Source: Amoebophrya sp. A120
Lineage: Eukaryota; Protista; Dinoflagellata
Assembly: GCA_905178155.1 (NCBI GenBank)
Contig: CAJINV010000008.1
Location: 806,001-870,000 of the forward strand
Direction: 5' to 3'
Length of the DNA: 64,000 bases
How positions within the stretch are numbered: position 1 is the first letter of the stretch; each line of letters begins with the position of its first letter. Under the pieces are notes generated by a model that saw only the letters and a program-made list of their open reading frames with translations, made no database searches and had not been told where the DNA came from. The translations under genes and the position numbers were made by a program. Positions 59,881 to 64,000 of this stretch are shown in pieces.

Positions 59881-62678
59881 GTACGAAAAGAACACTGTTT
59901 TTCGTGTTGTAAAATAAAGGGGCGAAATGTGAGCATATTAAGATTATTTATTCTTGTAACTTGTAGTACCTCCGTCTCCGTGGGAGGAGTGTCGTCGATC
60001 CTGCGGATGAAAAGAACCAAGGCGATGACGTGAGGAAAAGGACTTAAGAAAGCATTTGATGAGGTTCATCAACCGTATTGATTGATTTTTTATGTGATGC
60101 AGGAGCGCAAGCGCTCACATGCTCGTGCTCACTGGGTTATACCCATACACATCAGGAAGAGTGTCGAAGTGCATGACGGCAGGTCTGGCCTTCGTGCGAC
60201 TGATGTTTTCACGGGCAGTTTTTCTCCCTAAAATGCTACAAAGTACAACACAAGCTTTGTTCCGATACTGAACAAAAATATTTCACGGCGCTTAAGAATC
60301 GCACCACTCGCTTGCACGTGGAAAGACGTAAAAAGGAGCAGCCGGCAGAGGCACTGAAGGCGGGTACGGAATTTATCAAAAAAAACATGTGCTGCTTCTT
60401 TCATGAGGTCAGAAAAAATCGATTCGTTTTATGGTACGCTGACGCAACTTCAAGGTTGCGAAGGAGCTATAATTCATGGAGTCTACTAGTCTTAGTCAGC
60501 AGGAATTTGATTCACTCTCGCACCAGGCATTGCGGCCCTGGCTAGGTTTTTCGCGAACCGGGTGAGCGGAATAACTGAAGCCTCTTGTCTCCGCGAATTG
60601 GCGGCGTTGCGTGCGGATGCTCAGTCCCACTGCAAGAGGACGGACCGTCTCAAGCTCTGGCCCTCCGTCCTCCTGTCGCTTGCACAGTGGCGGCGAGGCT
60701 GGATCCGAAAGTTCCTCACCGCGGCATTCTGGAAGATAAAAATTCATGCGACGCAGACAGCCCTCCTTAGTCGGAAACGCGCGGAAGCCCCCGAGGACAC
60801 GAAAGGCCACGAAGGTATGGAATTAGTTGAGACAATGCTTCTCTGTGCATGATGCAGAGCCGAGTACTGAAATTTTTGAACGTGGGAACTGTTTTTTATC
60901 AGAAGTTTTTCATTGCTCTCGCGACAAGTACGCATCTTTGCATGCCAGAAAGGCCACGCCAAGTTGATATGTGCAGCTGCTAGAGTTTTTGTTAGAGTGG
61001 AACTTTTTTTGATGCACTCTAATTCGTGTACCGCTACCGCTCAGGCATATTTGATAAAAGCATTGGTCTTGTCATGCTGACAGATGCGTGTCCAACCAAA
61101 AGAAGATTTGGATCTTACATTACAACTTTCCACATGGATGGAATGCCCGGGCGAGATGTCGTTTTATGAATTGCATGACCCTACTGGTTCTGGCGCACTT
61201 GCATGTAGATTACAGGTTCTTTGCAACTCGATTTGTTACTATACAGGCGGGCAACTATCGCCGTCGTCGCACCCTGACAGTGTCTACTTCCCGCCGCGAA
61301 CGAATCTTCTGGCTTCCGCGAATTTCAAAGCGAGTGTGTCGAAAGACGGTGCGGTCTCGTCGTTTCACTATCAATTGTGATACCTACATATTACAAGGAC
61401 TCACACACCATTCCAGGTTCTTGTCATGTGTTAAAAGAGGGAACAATCAGTGCACTTCCGCGCAAATAGACTTTGATATGACCCGGCACACATCCGAAGC
61501 TTGCTATTTGGATGTACCTGCTGAAAGCAGCATTTGTTCCGGGGGCCACGCTTTCATTGCTTTTTGGCAAGCTCGAGTGAAATCACCACTCGTGAAGATG
61601 TTCGCTGCTCTGGTAACCACATGCGAGCGCCGGTCGACAAAACCGGCGCGCGAGAGAAATCAAATTGACTCGAAAGAAAAAGATCCTGGAGAATATGCTC
61701 TCACTCACTGCAAAAGTAGTTCTGTTCCTTTCTTGTCGGTCGCCATCGTGCGAACATGATGTGATTCCATGAGAAACGCACAAGAGCCCGTGATGGAAAA
61801 AACGATCCCAAAAAAAATTCAAAGTGAGGTTTAAGATCCGTCTAGAAAATCGAAGAAAATATAATGGATCTTCCCGCAATCGCAAATATTTGCGAAATAG
61901 CATGGCGCAATAATGTCATATGTCTGAGCGCTACGATATAAATTGCGTAGAAGCAGGAGCCACAAAGCAAAGCCGCGGCTTCGAAGATCCAGTTACGCAT
62001 CCACATTCTTTTCAACCCGATTATTCATAGTTGACAGACGCCGCTTCCATTTTCGTATTAATTAATTTGCTGCTAGTAATTTCTTTTCGGGATAGTTAGT
62101 CATTGGTGGTTCAACAAACTTCTTTATTATCTGTCAAAGAGCGCAGTCGCAGACCCACCAGTCGCAGAAATTTAAAGACATACAATTTTCTTGACATAAA
62201 AGCGAAATATATAACGTATAAGGTCTACGTTGATCGTCCTGGAATTTCAATTTGTTCCACGGATACGTCGTCCAGGTTTAGTGCAGTTCATCGAATCCAC
62301 GACTGAGTTTTTTTTCTAAGTCAAGCCTATGTATTGAGGGCCACCGATCACAATTGTACATTTTCTTCACGAGTACGATCTGTGTCCGCAAAAGTTTTGT
62401 TGAAATAAATAAGAAAGCCTTTATCAAATACGACGAAGTCATAACTCTTCGGTAATTAAGTAAACGTATAACGACATGAAAATGGGTGTTTACAACAAGT
62501 TCAGACAAGTTGTCACGACCCTGCTTCTCGCGACAGGGTCCTTGTTTCCAGCGGCGGCACCAGCAGAGGTGTGTGCGGTGCTGTTAGGAGGACCCGCAAA
62601 GAGACACAACCGGACGAGCCGCAGCCGCAGGCGCTCGGCCTCCCTGCCAGCAGCGTTCCCTCCGGCACCGTTTGCCCT

Positions 62679-62727
62679 CGACAACGCAAACGAGGAGGAA
62701 GGCGACAACGCAAACGAGGAGGAAGGC
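62679..62727. repeat. Exact 24-bp tandem duplication
   Basis: CGACAACGCAAACGAGGAGGAAGG twice. Confidence 0.9.
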
Positions 62728-63263
62728 ATCTTTCCATTGCTCGTCGAAAGAGTTTGTCAGGCGACACAACCGAAGAATCCTTCGAACATGCACAAAAGTA
62801 TGAGGGAGACTGACGACTCGCAGGAACAACAGCCGGACACGAGCGACAGGAGTACTTACTACGCTTTCTCGAATACTTAATGCAATAGAGGTTTAGGTTT
62901 TTGTTTGTCTTTATCTTTTTGGTGCTATTTTTGAAGTCCACCGCGTATAGGATTTGTTCAAAACTCATTGCCGTTCATCATCATCGCAATCGCCACTATA
63001 GCTCGAATGAGGTAAAAACTCCCGTAACTAATATCTACTACAAATGAAGTACACCGCCGGCGCTTTTATGAAACAGCAATTGCTCTTGCATCATTTGCGA
63101 ATTTATCTGTGCGCTGAAAAAACTAACTCGCGAAATATGATGAACAACCGAACCAAAAACCACAGGAACTTTCACACCCTCGACACTTTGTCCGGACGAC
63201 GATCGGGGCACCGACAGCGAGAGTGAGGGCGACGGATCAGCATCAAGGTTGGAGGACTTCCAA

Positions 63264-63773
63264 ATGGGTCAAGCCTTCGATATGAATTTGTCGTCTCCAG
63301 CGCCCCACGGTGGAAAGGGTGACGTAGAACAAGAAGAACGGGTAAGCTCTGCTCTGCAGGAGAAGCGAAGCGAGCACGCTGACGAGCTGGAACAAGCTTC
63401 TTTTTGGGTTCCTGTTCCAAATATAGGTTCATGTTCGAGAAAACGAAGCCGCAGCGGCACCTATAATCGCGCCGATTTGCTGCACTCATGTCTGCAACGT
63501 CAAGCGGACCATGTTGAAAAGAAGTTAGCAATGCATCCCATCTTCACGGACAAGACGAAGACTGTGCCACGACACCGACATGCTGCACCAGCAGCACGAA
63601 TGTATGTTGTTGTCGAACCAAATCGTGATCACGATCAGCCAAATACGCCGCCATGCAGCGACGGTGAAGAAGATGAAGAGTGGGGCATTTTCCAGTTGGA
63701 TGAGGATCGTCCTAAGCAGGATCTATCAGGAAGCGACTCTGAGACGATTGACGTGCCATTTCCAGCTCTATAG
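63264..63773 (+). CDS. Hypothetical protein
   Basis: ~170-aa ORF on the gene-dense strand with an acidic C-terminus. No recognisable domain. Confidence 0.35.
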   Translation: MGQAFDMNLSSPAPHGGKGDVEQEERVSSALQEKRSEHADELEQASFWVPVPNIGSCSRKRSRSGTYNRADLLHSCLQRQADHVEKKLAMHPIFTDKTKTVPRHRHAAPAARMYVVVEPNRDHDQPNTPPCSDGEEDEEWGIFQLDEDRPKQDLSGSDSETIDVPFPAL

Positions 63774-64000
63774 AAGTAACAACCTCGCTACTACATCGAG
63801 GACCGTCTCTCTGTCGCCGGCAGTTGGTAAACCCAGAACCGCCAAGTAGAAATTTGTAATTAGATGAAACAACAAGAAGTAATAGACGAGTGAATCACGT
63901 GGTTGGTCGCGACGCTGCGAAGGCCAGGCGTCTCGTCCTGAAACAAGATCGTTACCGAAGTGAAGAAGTATCCAGTGTGCGCCTCAATTTTTTCACTAGA

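Overview
Eukaryotic, intron-containing DNA. Every gene I can identify is on the + strand: two tandem amino-acid transporters, a SEN1/senataxin-like helicase, an ABC1/UbiB kinase, two tandem secreted Cys-rich/discoidin-like proteins, a dienelactone hydrolase, an ITPase, an ankyrin protein, a kinesin-3, an EF-hand-like protein, a TPT-family transporter and several hypotheticals. About 30 of the introns are not ordinary GT-AG introns. They are ~190-410 bp transposon-like introner elements with terminal inverted repeats (TIRs). They begin TAY, end ATR and are flanked by a 5-nt direct repeat (DR; perfect in 14 copies, decayed in about 15). Removing the element plus one DR restores the reading frame and, where checkable, conserved protein motifs. 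At least five TIR families share this grammar, and families A and B occur in both orientations inside + strand genes. Canonical GT-AG introns coexist in the same genes. The picture matches the non-canonical introner-type introns and one-strand gene blocks reported for the parasitic dinoflagellate Amoebophrya (Syndiniales); that taxonomic call is inference. All exon models were assembled by hand and none is confirmed by transcript data.
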